This document shows, one piece after another, positions 37,139 to 45,813 of a stretch of DNA of 64,000 nucleotides; the first letter of the stretch is position 1; each line of letters begins with the position of its first letter. The position numbers were made by a program, and so were the translations under genes. The notes below the pieces were generated by a model, which was not told the origin of the DNA, searched no databases, and saw nothing but the letters and a program-made list of their open reading frames with translations. The stretch spans positions 13,443 to 77,442 of the forward strand of contig CAZNES010000004.1 of NCBI GenBank assembly GCA_964572145.1. The letters are read 5' to 3'. The stretch is from an uncultured Syntrophobacteraceae bacterium (lineage in GTDB: Bacteria > Desulfobacterota > Binatia > UBA9968).

Positions 37139-38479
37139 ATGAGCGACATTGCCATCAGAGTCGAGAATCTCTCCAAGCAGTATAAAATCGGAGTGGCCCA
37201 GTACCGTCACGATTCCATACGGGATCATCTGACGGAGTGGGTTAAGTCGCTGTTCGTTCGCAATGGCACTCCCTCTCCCTCAACTCTCGTCACTGAACCC
37301 TCCGCTCTTGGCCCTCAGGCCTCAGCGCCCAGCGGTCATCCGTCTTCGGTCGACGGTCGTTCAGATACCATTTGGGCCCTCAAGGATGTCTCGTTCGAAG
37401 TCAAGCAGGGCGAAGTAATCGGCATCATCGGTCGCAACGGCTCAGGAAAAAGCACGCTGCTCAAGATTCTCTCCCGCATCACCGAACCGACCAGCGGTTT
37501 TGTCGACATTCACGGGCGGGCAGGCTCCCTGCTGGAAGTCGGCACAGGCTTTCACCGCGATCTTACCGGGAGGGAAAATATCTATCTCAACGGCGCTATT
37601 CTGGGAATGAAGAAGGCGGAGATTGAGCGTAAATTCGACGAGATCGTTGATTTCTCGGGGGTGGAGAAGTTCATTGACACGCCGGTCAAGCGATATTCGA
37701 GCGGCATGAACGTACGCCTGGCTTTCGCGGTTGCGGCTCATTTGGACCCGGAGATTCTAATCTTGGACGAGGTGCTGGCCGTCGGCGACGCCGATTTTCA
37801 GAAGAAGTGCCTGGGCAAGATGGGCGATGTAGCCAAGGAAGGTCGAACGGTCTTGTTCGTCAGTCATAATGCTGTGGCAATAAAGAATCTGTGTCACAAA
37901 GGTATCATGCTCGAAGGGGGCACAATTGCATTCAATGGCCAAGCGGAAGACGCCGTGGATTTTTATCTTGAGAGCGTAGAGAAAAAAGAGCAGATTTGCA
38001 GATCCCCTGTGGTTGATCTGAGCAAGGCTCCGGGAAGGCGCGCCGGCTTCGCTCCGTTACTACAACGGCTCGAGCTTGTCACGGAAGGCGACCGGCCCGT
38101 AACAGACGGTCTGCCGGTCGGCGCTTCGTTAACGGCGCGGATACATTTTCGGTTAGAAAAACCCGCCTCGAACGTTCACACGAACATCGCGTTCGACAAC
38201 CTCTTTGGACAACGAATCTTTCATGCCCACAGCGGTTATGATGCCGATTACCAACAAGTGACGCGGGTAGGTGACCAAAGATGTATATGTGAGATCCCCT
38301 GTCTTAATCTGATTCCTGGGGAGTACAAGATTAAAGTAGGGCTCGATATCGACGGTGCTCCTGGGGACGGTGTAGAAGATGCCGTCCGTCTTAGGATTTT
38401 TGAGTCTGATTTTTACGGCACTGGAAAAATTCCACGGAGCGGTACGTTCGTTATGAAGCATTACTGGCGCTTCATCTAA
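37139..38479 (+). CDS. Polysaccharide ABC exporter ATP-binding protein (Wzt) with C-terminal carbohydrate-binding-like domain, copy 2
   Basis: Walker A GRNGSGKST, signature YSSGMNVRLAF, Walker B ILILDEVLAVGD; C-terminal domain divergent from copy 1. Confidence 0.9.
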   Translation: MSDIAIRVENLSKQYKIGVAQYRHDSIRDHLTEWVKSLFVRNGTPSPSTLVTEPSALGPQASAPSGHPSSVDGRSDTIWALKDVSFEVKQGEVIGIIGRNGSGKSTLLKILSRITEPTSGFVDIHGRAGSLLEVGTGFHRDLTGRENIYLNGAILGMKKAEIERKFDEIVDFSGVEKFIDTPVKRYSSGMNVRLAFAVAAHLDPEILILDEVLAVGDADFQKKCLGKMGDVAKEGRTVLFVSHNAVAIKNLCHKGIMLEGGTIAFNGQAEDAVDFYLESVEKKEQICRSPVVDLSKAPGRRAGFAPLLQRLELVTEGDRPVTDGLPVGASLTARIHFRLEKPASNVHTNIAFDNLFGQRIFHAHSGYDADYQQVTRVGDQRCICEIPCLNLIPGEYKIKVGLDIDGAPGDGVEDAVRLRIFESDFYGTGKIPRSGTFVMKHYWRFI

Positions 38480-38519
38480 AGTAAATCCTTGCTCCTCAAT
38501 CAGGAATCGGAGCTCTATT

Positions 38520-39572
38520 GTGAACCAAAAAATATTACTCATTGGTCTCGGCGGGTTTGGCCGAAATCATCTTCGCGCATGGCACGAAATGGGTATGGGA
38601 GACAATCTCTTTGTGGCCGAGCTCAATTCAGAGCGGCACCGAGAGTGTCGATTGGTTGGGATGCCCGAAGAGAGAATCACCACAGATTATCGCACCGTGC
38701 TGGATCGAGTGGACGTGGTGGATGTAGTGACTCCCTCCACCAGCCATTTTGAAATCTGCAAGGCGGCACTGTTGGCGGGAAAAGATGTTTTCGTAGAAAA
38801 GCCCATGACGATGACTTCGAAAGAAGCCGTCGATTTGGCCAATCTCGTTGTAGAGACGCGACGTATCCTTCAAGTGGGCTATTATTACCGCTTCCATCCT
38901 ATCTCTCAGTATTTGAAGGAGAGGATCCGTGCCGGAGCGTTGGGAGACCTGAGATACCTGTCTGGCAATTTCATGGGGTTTAAACGAGCGCGAACGGATG
39001 TAGGCGTTACTCACACGGATGGTATTCACTTTCTCGATCTATTCAACTGGTTCGCGGGCGGACTTCCAGAGCAAGTTTATGCTGAAACGCGGGACCATTT
39101 CGGGCGTGGAATGGAGGACTGGTCTCTGGTCGTGCTGCGTTATCGGGACGGAACGGTTGCAAAGGTTGAATGCGGTTATATTCAGCCCGGCAGATGGCAC
39201 GATAAAGTAGTGCCGAATGCTATGACGACAAAAGAAATTTTTGTCTGTGGAACTAAGGCCACCGTCGAGGCCGATTTCGAAACCGAGAATTTCGTGGTCC
39301 ACGATGTACGTCACGAATTTCAGCAAAACACTTGGGTTCCTGTAGGAAGCGGAAGCCAACTGCCCCAGGTAGGCACGGCAACACCCATTCAAATGATTTG
39401 TGCCGAGCTGCGCGCGTTCCTGGAATGCGTGGCTTCCAGAGGACGTCCTGGCAGTAACGTGATCGGCAGCGGCGTCGTACTGGCGAAGGTGATGGAAGCC
39501 ATTTATGAGTCGGCCCGGCAAAACAGGCCGATCACGCTGCAATGGACAGCCGAGGAAGCGAAAAGCCTTTAA
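38520..39572 (+). CDS. Gfo/Idh/MocA-family NAD(P)-dependent oxidoreductase
   Basis: GTG start; N-terminal LLIGLGGFGRNHL Rossmann motif; EKP motif (VFVEKPMT). Confidence 0.8.
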   Translation: MNQKILLIGLGGFGRNHLRAWHEMGMGDNLFVAELNSERHRECRLVGMPEERITTDYRTVLDRVDVVDVVTPSTSHFEICKAALLAGKDVFVEKPMTMTSKEAVDLANLVVETRRILQVGYYYRFHPISQYLKERIRAGALGDLRYLSGNFMGFKRARTDVGVTHTDGIHFLDLFNWFAGGLPEQVYAETRDHFGRGMEDWSLVVLRYRDGTVAKVECGYIQPGRWHDKVVPNAMTTKEIFVCGTKATVEADFETENFVVHDVRHEFQQNTWVPVGSGSQLPQVGTATPIQMICAELRAFLECVASRGRPGSNVIGSGVVLAKVMEAIYESARQNRPITLQWTAEEAKSL

Positions 39573-39584
39573 GGAAAGCAGACG

Positions 39585-40448
39585 ATGAAAGATATCACGG
39601 ACGGCGATCTTAAAGACCGCATTCCACTAGCTGCAAAAAAAAACGAGAGCCATCGCTCAACCATCAAGGTAGGTGGAGTGGTTATCGGAGGGGAGCGGGT
39701 CGTGGTCATGGCGGGACCGTGCGCGGTGGAAAGCCAGGAGCAGGTGCTTGAGATCGCTCATCGTGTTAAAGCTGCTGGCGCAGCGGTTCTTCGGGGTGGC
39801 GCGTACAAGCCTCTAACTTTCCCGTATCGCACGGATAGCTCTTTCGAGCTGCGGGAGCTTGGGCTCAAGTACCTTGCTGAGGCCGGCAAAGCCGCCGGTT
39901 TGCCCGTGGTCACCGAGGTTATGGACCTACGCCTAGTGGAGACCGTAGCAGAATTCGCAGATATCCTCCAGATTGGCGCACGCAACATGCAGAACTTCCC
40001 TCTATTGGAGGAAGTAGCCAAAACCAGGAAGCCGGTGATGCTCAAGCGTCACTTTGGGTGCAGCTTGCGGGACTGGCTAGGAGCAGCCGAGTATATCCTC
40101 TATGGCGGAAATCCTAATGTGATCCTCTGTGAGCGCGGTGTGGTCGCGCCCCATACCCACGCCGTCGCCTCGAGGTTCATTGTGGACATTCAGGCGGTAC
40201 CCGCGGTTAAAGAGTATTCGCACCTTCCGGTCATCGTCGATCCCAGTCACTCCACCTTCAAACGCAGCTATGTTGCTCCCGTCGCCCGTGCTGCGATAGC
40301 TGCCGGCGCAGACGGAATCATCATAGACGTACATCCCGTTCCCGAAAAGGCGGCGGTCGATCCGCTTCAGGCGCTCTCCTACGAAAGCTTCTCCGGCTTG
40401 ATGCAGGAGCTTCGCGGCATAGCTCGTGTGATGGGTCGGAATATCTGA
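39585..40448 (+). CDS. 3-deoxy-7-phosphoheptulonate (DAHP) synthase class I-beta-like PEP aldolase with altered phosphate-binding motif
   Basis: [58 protein letters not shown] all match DAHPS-I-beta/KDO8PS-superfamily motifs; the canonical KPRTS is replaced by KPLTF (39807-39821). Confidence 0.8.
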   Translation: MKDITDGDLKDRIPLAAKKNESHRSTIKVGGVVIGGERVVVMAGPCAVESQEQVLEIAHRVKAAGAAVLRGGAYKPLTFPYRTDSSFELRELGLKYLAEAGKAAGLPVVTEVMDLRLVETVAEFADILQIGARNMQNFPLLEEVAKTRKPVMLKRHFGCSLRDWLGAAEYILYGGNPNVILCERGVVAPHTHAVASRFIVDIQAVPAVKEYSHLPVIVDPSHSTFKRSYVAPVARAAIAAGADGIIIDVHPVPEKAAVDPLQALSYESFSGLMQELRGIARVMGRNI

Positions 40449-40457
40449 GCGCAAGAG

Positions 40458-41567
40458 ATGCTGGATGAACTTCAATCATACTTGAGTAATCGCCTTGATC
40501 CTTTAACCGGTACGCACAAGTGGGTCGCGGGTATTATCGGCGATCACCCGTCCCAATACGCCAAGAGCCCATCGTTGTGGAACCAAGCTTTTACGACGTT
40601 AGGGCTCGACGGGATTTTCCTTCCGTTCGATGTGGATGCCCCGAATCTCCGCTCCTTGCTGGAGATCTTGCGCCAGAGCGAACACGTCGTCGGTTTCAGT
40701 GTGACGGTTCCTTACAAGGTAGAAGTAATTAAGTTCCTCGACGATCTGGACCAGAAGGCGCGTCAGATCGGCGCCGTCAACACGGTGGCGCGAACTCAGG
40801 ACGGAAAACTTGTAGGCTACAACACCGATGGTCAAGGGTTTCTGGACATGCTGACCAAGCCGCTGCCCCGTCAGCAATGTCCATTCTTTGAAAAATTAGA
40901 GGGACGGCATGCATTGTTGATTGGAGCAGGCGGCGCCGCCAGAGCCGTAGCTTTCTTCCTGGCCGAAGCCCTCGGAGATAAGGGTCGTCTTACGATTGCC
41001 AATCGCGATTCCAATAAGGCCCGAGAGCTGGTCAACGCCGTGAAGGATACGAATTCTTCTAATGTGGACTACATCGCCGAGACGGATATCCACGGAACGG
41101 TCTCAACCTTAGACCTGATTATCAATGCCACTACCAAGGGCCAGAGTGGAGTCCGAAGGCTGGTTGGGAATCGAGCGACGTGCCTGGAGCCCTATTCTGC
41201 CTTGGCGCCTGCGAACCCCGTCGAGCTTGATGGGGAATCATTTTCCAGCGAGTCTGCGTTCTACCGTTCCTGGTATCAGCAGTCCTACCCAGACATAGAG
41301 ACCAACGTTCGTCTAGCCAATAAGATTTTGACGGCGACACCGATGAATACTGCCTTTGTCGATCTTATTTATTCACCCCTGGAGACGCGGACACTCGCGA
41401 TGGCTCGTTGGAGTGGTCACCGAGTCTTGAACGGGAGAGAGATGAATGTCCGTCAGGCAGCCGACGCCTTTGTCAACCGTGTCATGAGTCCCTACTTAAC
41501 CGCGATGGGATGGGATCTGCGGAGTACTTATCGACGCGTCTCTGAGATTATGGGCCAAGTTTGGTAA
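40458..41567 (+). CDS. Shikimate dehydrogenase (AroE)-family NAD(P)-dependent dehydrogenase with ~100-aa C-terminal extension
   Basis: AKSPSLWN, SVTVPYK (catalytic Lys), GYNTDGQG (catalytic Asp), LLIGAGGAARAV, DLIINATTKG motifs. Confidence 0.8.
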   Translation: MLDELQSYLSNRLDPLTGTHKWVAGIIGDHPSQYAKSPSLWNQAFTTLGLDGIFLPFDVDAPNLRSLLEILRQSEHVVGFSVTVPYKVEVIKFLDDLDQKARQIGAVNTVARTQDGKLVGYNTDGQGFLDMLTKPLPRQQCPFFEKLEGRHALLIGAGGAARAVAFFLAEALGDKGRLTIANRDSNKARELVNAVKDTNSSNVDYIAETDIHGTVSTLDLIINATTKGQSGVRRLVGNRATCLEPYSALAPANPVELDGESFSSESAFYRSWYQQSYPDIETNVRLANKILTATPMNTAFVDLIYSPLETRTLAMARWSGHRVLNGREMNVRQAADAFVNRVMSPYLTAMGWDLRSTYRRVSEIMGQVW

Positions 41568-42607
41568 GGGAATTCATAACCCACATGCAAAGTCTCGACA
41601 GGATCCATAAGAAACCCACTGTCGTGGCGGCTTTGGAAAGCAACCACAACGGAGACCTATCTCTAGCCAAGCGGATGGTGGATATAGCAGTTGACTGCGG
41701 ATGCGACGCAATTAAGATCCCGGTGCGGCGGGTCAAAGAATGCTACACGGAAGAAACGCTTCAACAGCCCAACTACAAGCATCCCGAGCTCGGCGCTACC
41801 TACGGCGATGCCTTAGAGAGATTGGAACTAAAAGCGGACGCTTTGCGCTCCGTTCGCGATCATTGCAGAGGACGCATCTCCTTCATCGGCGCTCCGTATG
41901 ACTTGTCTTCGATGGACTTGCTCGGAGATCTAGACGTGGATGGCTACCAGATTGATCCGCCGTTGCTTTGCCACCAACCGTTAGTTCAAGCGATAGCCGA
42001 TCGGCAAAAAAAAGTTCTGGTGTGTGTCGGCATGTGCTCGGAGCAAGAACTCGCGGCGGCACTACAGATTCTGAAGAACGTGCCCGTTATCCTGCTCCAC
42101 TGCGTTATGGCCAAATCTCTTCGCCTGGAGGATACCGCGCTCGACTATATTCCTTACCTGCGTCGGCGTTTTGGATGCGAGATAGGATACCTGGGATTTG
42201 AGGACGGCATTCATGCCGCGCTAACGGCCTACACGATCGGCGCGACGACTATTGAGAAGATATTCACAATCGATCGCCATCTGCCCGGCCCTGGACGCGC
42301 CAATAGCCTCGACCGAGAAGAACTCAGGGCTCTGGTTCAGGGTTTAGTGGCATTGGAATCCTCGCTCAAGCCCTCCGGTCCCCGCCAGCTCCTTCCCGTG
42401 GAGTTGGAGACATTCACCGATGAACGGTGCTCAGTCGTAGCCGCTCGTCCTCTAAAGGCGGGCACTACCATTCAAGCTGATATGCTTACGGTTAAGGCGG
42501 CGCTCAATGGAGTCAGTCCCCAGTTGCTCTCTTGGCTGGAGGGCAAGCGGTTGCTTTTCGACTTGCCGTTAGACGCGCCGATTACCTTCGGGGTCGTGGA
42601 TCTGTGA
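41561..42607 (+). CDS. NeuB-family nonulosonic/ulosonic acid synthase (PEP-dependent) with C-terminal SAF domain
   Basis: NHNGDLSLAKRMVDIAVDCGCDAIK NeuB signature; C-terminal SAF/antifreeze-like domain. Confidence 0.8.
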   Translation: MVREFITHMQSLDRIHKKPTVVAALESNHNGDLSLAKRMVDIAVDCGCDAIKIPVRRVKECYTEETLQQPNYKHPELGATYGDALERLELKADALRSVRDHCRGRISFIGAPYDLSSMDLLGDLDVDGYQIDPPLLCHQPLVQAIADRQKKVLVCVGMCSEQELAAALQILKNVPVILLHCVMAKSLRLEDTALDYIPYLRRRFGCEIGYLGFEDGIHAALTAYTIGATTIEKIFTIDRHLPGPGRANSLDREELRALVQGLVALESSLKPSGPRQLLPVELETFTDERCSVVAARPLKAGTTIQADMLTVKAALNGVSPQLLSWLEGKRLLFDLPLDAPITFGVVDL

Positions 42608-43281
42608 TTTCTGTAGTTATCCGCACCAAGAATGAGGAACGGTGGCTCCGGCGATGTCTCACGGCCGTGGCGCTTCAGACATATCGTCCTCTGGAAGTTA
42701 TCGTGGTGGATAATGCCTCTACCGACGGCACCGTCGGTATCGCCAAGGAGTTCGGATGTCGCATCCTTTCAATCGATGACTGCGATTTCAGTTTCGGACG
42801 CGCCCTCAACCAAGGTATTGCAGTTGCAGAAGGAGAATTGATCGCTATTCTCTCCGGCCATTGCATTCCGTTGAATGAAAGATGGCTCTCCTGCCTCGCC
42901 GCGTCGTTCGCGGATGAGCTGGTGGCGGGTGTCTATGGGCGGCAGGAACCGTTGCCCGATAGCGATCCTTTCGACAAACGGGATCTATGGACGACCTTCG
43001 GCCTCGAGCGGCGCGTGCAAACCCGAGACATTTTTTTTCACAATGCAAATTCCAGCATCCTGCGGCGCGTGTGGAACGAGGTCCCTTTCGACGAAGAAAT
43101 TTCCGGCGTGGAGGACCGCGATTGGGCGAAAAAAGTCCTAGGAAGAGGTTACAAGATTATTTATGAGCCCAGCGCCAGCGTGTATCACCATCATGGTATT
43201 CACCAGGGCCGGAATGTGGAGCGGGCCGAACGTGTCGTACGGGTCATCGAACTGATCAACAATGGGGGAAGAAAAGAGTGA
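42604..43281 (+). CDS. Glycosyltransferase family 2
   Basis: GTG start overlapping the neuB-like stop; ISVVIRTKNE...VIVVDNASTDGT...DCD GT-A motifs. Confidence 0.7.
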   Translation: MISVVIRTKNEERWLRRCLTAVALQTYRPLEVIVVDNASTDGTVGIAKEFGCRILSIDDCDFSFGRALNQGIAVAEGELIAILSGHCIPLNERWLSCLAASFADELVAGVYGRQEPLPDSDPFDKRDLWTTFGLERRVQTRDIFFHNANSSILRRVWNEVPFDEEISGVEDRDWAKKVLGRGYKIIYEPSASVYHHHGIHQGRNVERAERVVRVIELINNGGRKE

Positions 43282-43985
43282 CTGAGAGATCTCATGTCGT
43301 ATGCATCATCCCAGCTCGGGGGGGATCAAAAGGGCTTCCGCGAAAGAATGTTTGCAGGCTCGCAGGGAAACCGCTGATCGCTTACTCCGTCGAGGCCGCT
43401 CGAAAGTGCCCGCTGATTGATCGAGTCATCGTTTCTACGGACGACGAGGAGATCGCTGATATTGCCAGATCCTATGGAGCTCAGGTGCCTTTCAAGCGGC
43501 CGGCTGAGTTGGCCGTCGATGACGCCACGACGGAAAGCGTCCTCCAGCACGCGGTGCGCTGGTTGGAAGAAAATGAAAAGTATTCGGTTGATATCGTGGT
43601 CTTTCTCCAGGCCACCGACATTTTTCGCAAGCAATGGATGCTGAACGAGGTGGTTCAACGAGTGTTGAGGGACTCTACCATTGACTCTGCCTTCGTCGCG
43701 TTCGAGACGCACAAAAACTTCTGGCGCATTGTCGACAAGCAGCCAGTTCGGTTGGCGGACATACCTTATGGAGCACGTCAAAAGCGCGAGCACGTGTACC
43801 GGGAGGATACGGGCATAGCTTGTGCCACCAGGGCAGAGTTTATCAAGCAGGGAAAAAGATTGGGTCCGCGGGTTTCTATTGTGGCTAATACCGATGCCGC
43901 CTCCTTTATCGATATTGAGGATGAATTTACGTTCTGGCTTGCGGAGCAGGTGCTGTTGAGCGGGAAGCGGACGGTGAATGACTAA
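43278..43985 (+). CDS. Acylneuraminate/ulosonate cytidylyltransferase (NeuA/KdsB family), copy 1
   Basis: IIPARGGSKGLPRKN signature; 4-nt overlap with the upstream gene. Confidence 0.8.
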   Translation: MTERSHVVCIIPARGGSKGLPRKNVCRLAGKPLIAYSVEAARKCPLIDRVIVSTDDEEIADIARSYGAQVPFKRPAELAVDDATTESVLQHAVRWLEENEKYSVDIVVFLQATDIFRKQWMLNEVVQRVLRDSTIDSAFVAFETHKNFWRIVDKQPVRLADIPYGARQKREHVYREDTGIACATRAEFIKQGKRLGPRVSIVANTDAASFIDIEDEFTFWLAEQVLLSGKRTVND

Positions 43986-44719
43986 TGAGTGAGAGAATTA
44001 TCGCTATCATTCCCATCCGGGGCTCGGACGATGAATTCAAAGAGAGTCCCAGCCCTATGCTGGGGGAAAGGCCTCTCGTAGAGTACACCCTTTTAGCGGC
44101 GAAGGAGGCTCGGCTTCTGGACCGGGTGATTGTGTCCACCGACAGCGAGGCGGTAGCTGACTTCTGCCGGCGATATGGGGTTGAAGTTCCCTTCATCAGG
44201 CCAGCTTCGCTAGCCGAACCGACCGCTACCGTTACGGATGTTTTACTTCACTGCGTTGAATGGCTGGAGAGCAATGAGCACGATCACCCCGACTGGGTCA
44301 TCAAGTTGGAAATCACTCATCCTTTCAGGCCGACGGGCATCATCGATACCCTGATCAAGACCGCGCTGATGCAGAATGTGGATTCGGCTTTCCTCGCCTA
44401 TGAGGAAGTTCATGGCTTTTGGACTCTGGATCATGACGGCAGTCCCCGACTGGTAGGCGAGGAGGGGAATCTTCCCAGAAAAACCCGCAAGCCTTTTTAT
44501 AGAGACTCAAGCGGGCTAGTCGCGATGACTCGCGTGGCCAATCTCAAAGCAGGCAAGCTCTATGGTAACAATCTTGGACTGATTCCGTTTCGGGACCTCT
44601 TTGCCATCGTCGATACGCACGAAGGCGCCGGTTCATCCTATCGGGAACGAATGGGATTTCGGCTCGGCGAAATCCTTGCAGCTGAATTTAACAAAACTGT
44701 TTCCTGGAAGGGAAAATGA
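43985..44719 (+). CDS. NeuA/KdsB-family cytidylyltransferase paralog with divergent N-terminal nucleotide-binding loop, copy 2
   Basis: IAIIPIRGSDDEFKESPSPMLGERPL replaces the PARGGSKG loop; the rest aligns with copy 1 (DRVIVSTD..., VDSAFLAYE). Confidence 0.6.
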   Translation: MSERIIAIIPIRGSDDEFKESPSPMLGERPLVEYTLLAAKEARLLDRVIVSTDSEAVADFCRRYGVEVPFIRPASLAEPTATVTDVLLHCVEWLESNEHDHPDWVIKLEITHPFRPTGIIDTLIKTALMQNVDSAFLAYEEVHGFWTLDHDGSPRLVGEEGNLPRKTRKPFYRDSSGLVAMTRVANLKAGKLYGNNLGLIPFRDLFAIVDTHEGAGSSYRERMGFRLGEILAAEFNKTVSWKGK

Positions 44720-44923
44720 ATAAAGAGCCTAAAGTCGACGAAAGGGGGCAAGCGAGATCTTTGCCAAGCGCGCTGTTTAGCGCGGTTCGGACCCCGTTTC
44801 TTCTCATCGTTGGGCTGATCCTGGTGCTGTTCAGCGAAACATTTATTCCGAACTTGGTCGCGTTGTTCAACTACTGCGCCACGCCACAATTGGCGGGGTG
44901 AACCATCTTCGAGGAGGAGAGGT

Positions 44924-45790
44924 ATGTATGCGCAGACGAACATTCAGCTTTTCAATCAACTCCAGCTCGAAGGCTATTCGAATGCTGAGCTGAGTTTAAT
45001 CCGCGACGCCTATGAGCTGGCCATGCATCTGTTCACTGGGGTCTATCGAGCGTGTGGCAAGACGTTTATTGCCCATGTTGTTGGTACAGCGAGTGTTCTC
45101 GGTACCCTCCACACATCTGCGAAATTAGTCGCTGCGGGTCTTCTCCATGCCGCCTACGTGTTCGGCGACTTTGGTGAGGCGATAAATGGGATCTCGCCCA
45201 GGAAACGCCAAAAGGTCAGGGAAGCTGTGGGGGGGGATGTGGAGGAATACATTGCTAGATATACAGCCTTCAAGTGGGGACCGAAGGACATTGGCGCTGT
45301 CTATGAAGGCTTTCATGAGCTTGGGCCGACTGATCGCGACGTTCTTTTGATACGCCTGGCAAATCAAGTGGATGACTTAATGGATCTCGGTGCCTTGTAT
45401 CGCCTTGCTGGAGAGCAGAAGCGTCAGCACTACGTTGGGATTGGTCCCATGACGGTAGAAATGGCCGAGAAACTGGGATTTCCTACCTTAGCTGCTGAAC
45501 TGACAAGAGTGGTGAGAGAAACGGCTTCGACGGAAATTCCCGCCGAACTCCGTCGTCGGTATACGAATGAGATCCTGATCGCACCAAAGTCTTATTACCG
45601 ACGGCCGGCAATAATGTTTCGACAAAAACTGAGTCGAGCTCTTGATATCTTACATCGTAGTCTGGGTCTCTTAGCTAATGAACTGAAGCGGCTAAGTTGG
45701 CAGGTCGTGGAATTCACTAGCCCCATACGGGTTCGATTAGGTATCACTCGGGCGAATCTAGAACGGCTCAAAATATTTTTAACCCGCTAG
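44924..45790 (+). CDS. Hypothetical protein (weak HD-like helical domain)
   Basis: 288-aa ORF with island-like codon usage; FIAHVVGTASVL...LLHAAYVFGDFGE resembles an HD-like fold without the canonical HD dyad. Confidence 0.35.
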   Translation: MYAQTNIQLFNQLQLEGYSNAELSLIRDAYELAMHLFTGVYRACGKTFIAHVVGTASVLGTLHTSAKLVAAGLLHAAYVFGDFGEAINGISPRKRQKVREAVGGDVEEYIARYTAFKWGPKDIGAVYEGFHELGPTDRDVLLIRLANQVDDLMDLGALYRLAGEQKRQHYVGIGPMTVEMAEKLGFPTLAAELTRVVRETASTEIPAELRRRYTNEILIAPKSYYRRPAIMFRQKLSRALDILHRSLGLLANELKRLSWQVVEFTSPIRVRLGITRANLERLKIFLTR

Positions 45791-45813
45791 GCCGGACGCC
45801 TGATTGGATCGTC

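Noticed and set aside
44716-44901. 61-aa ORF with one TM segment overlapping the stop of the second cytidylyltransferase
   Set aside because: Possibly a real small membrane protein, but I found no RBS or homology evidence. It is left uncalled.
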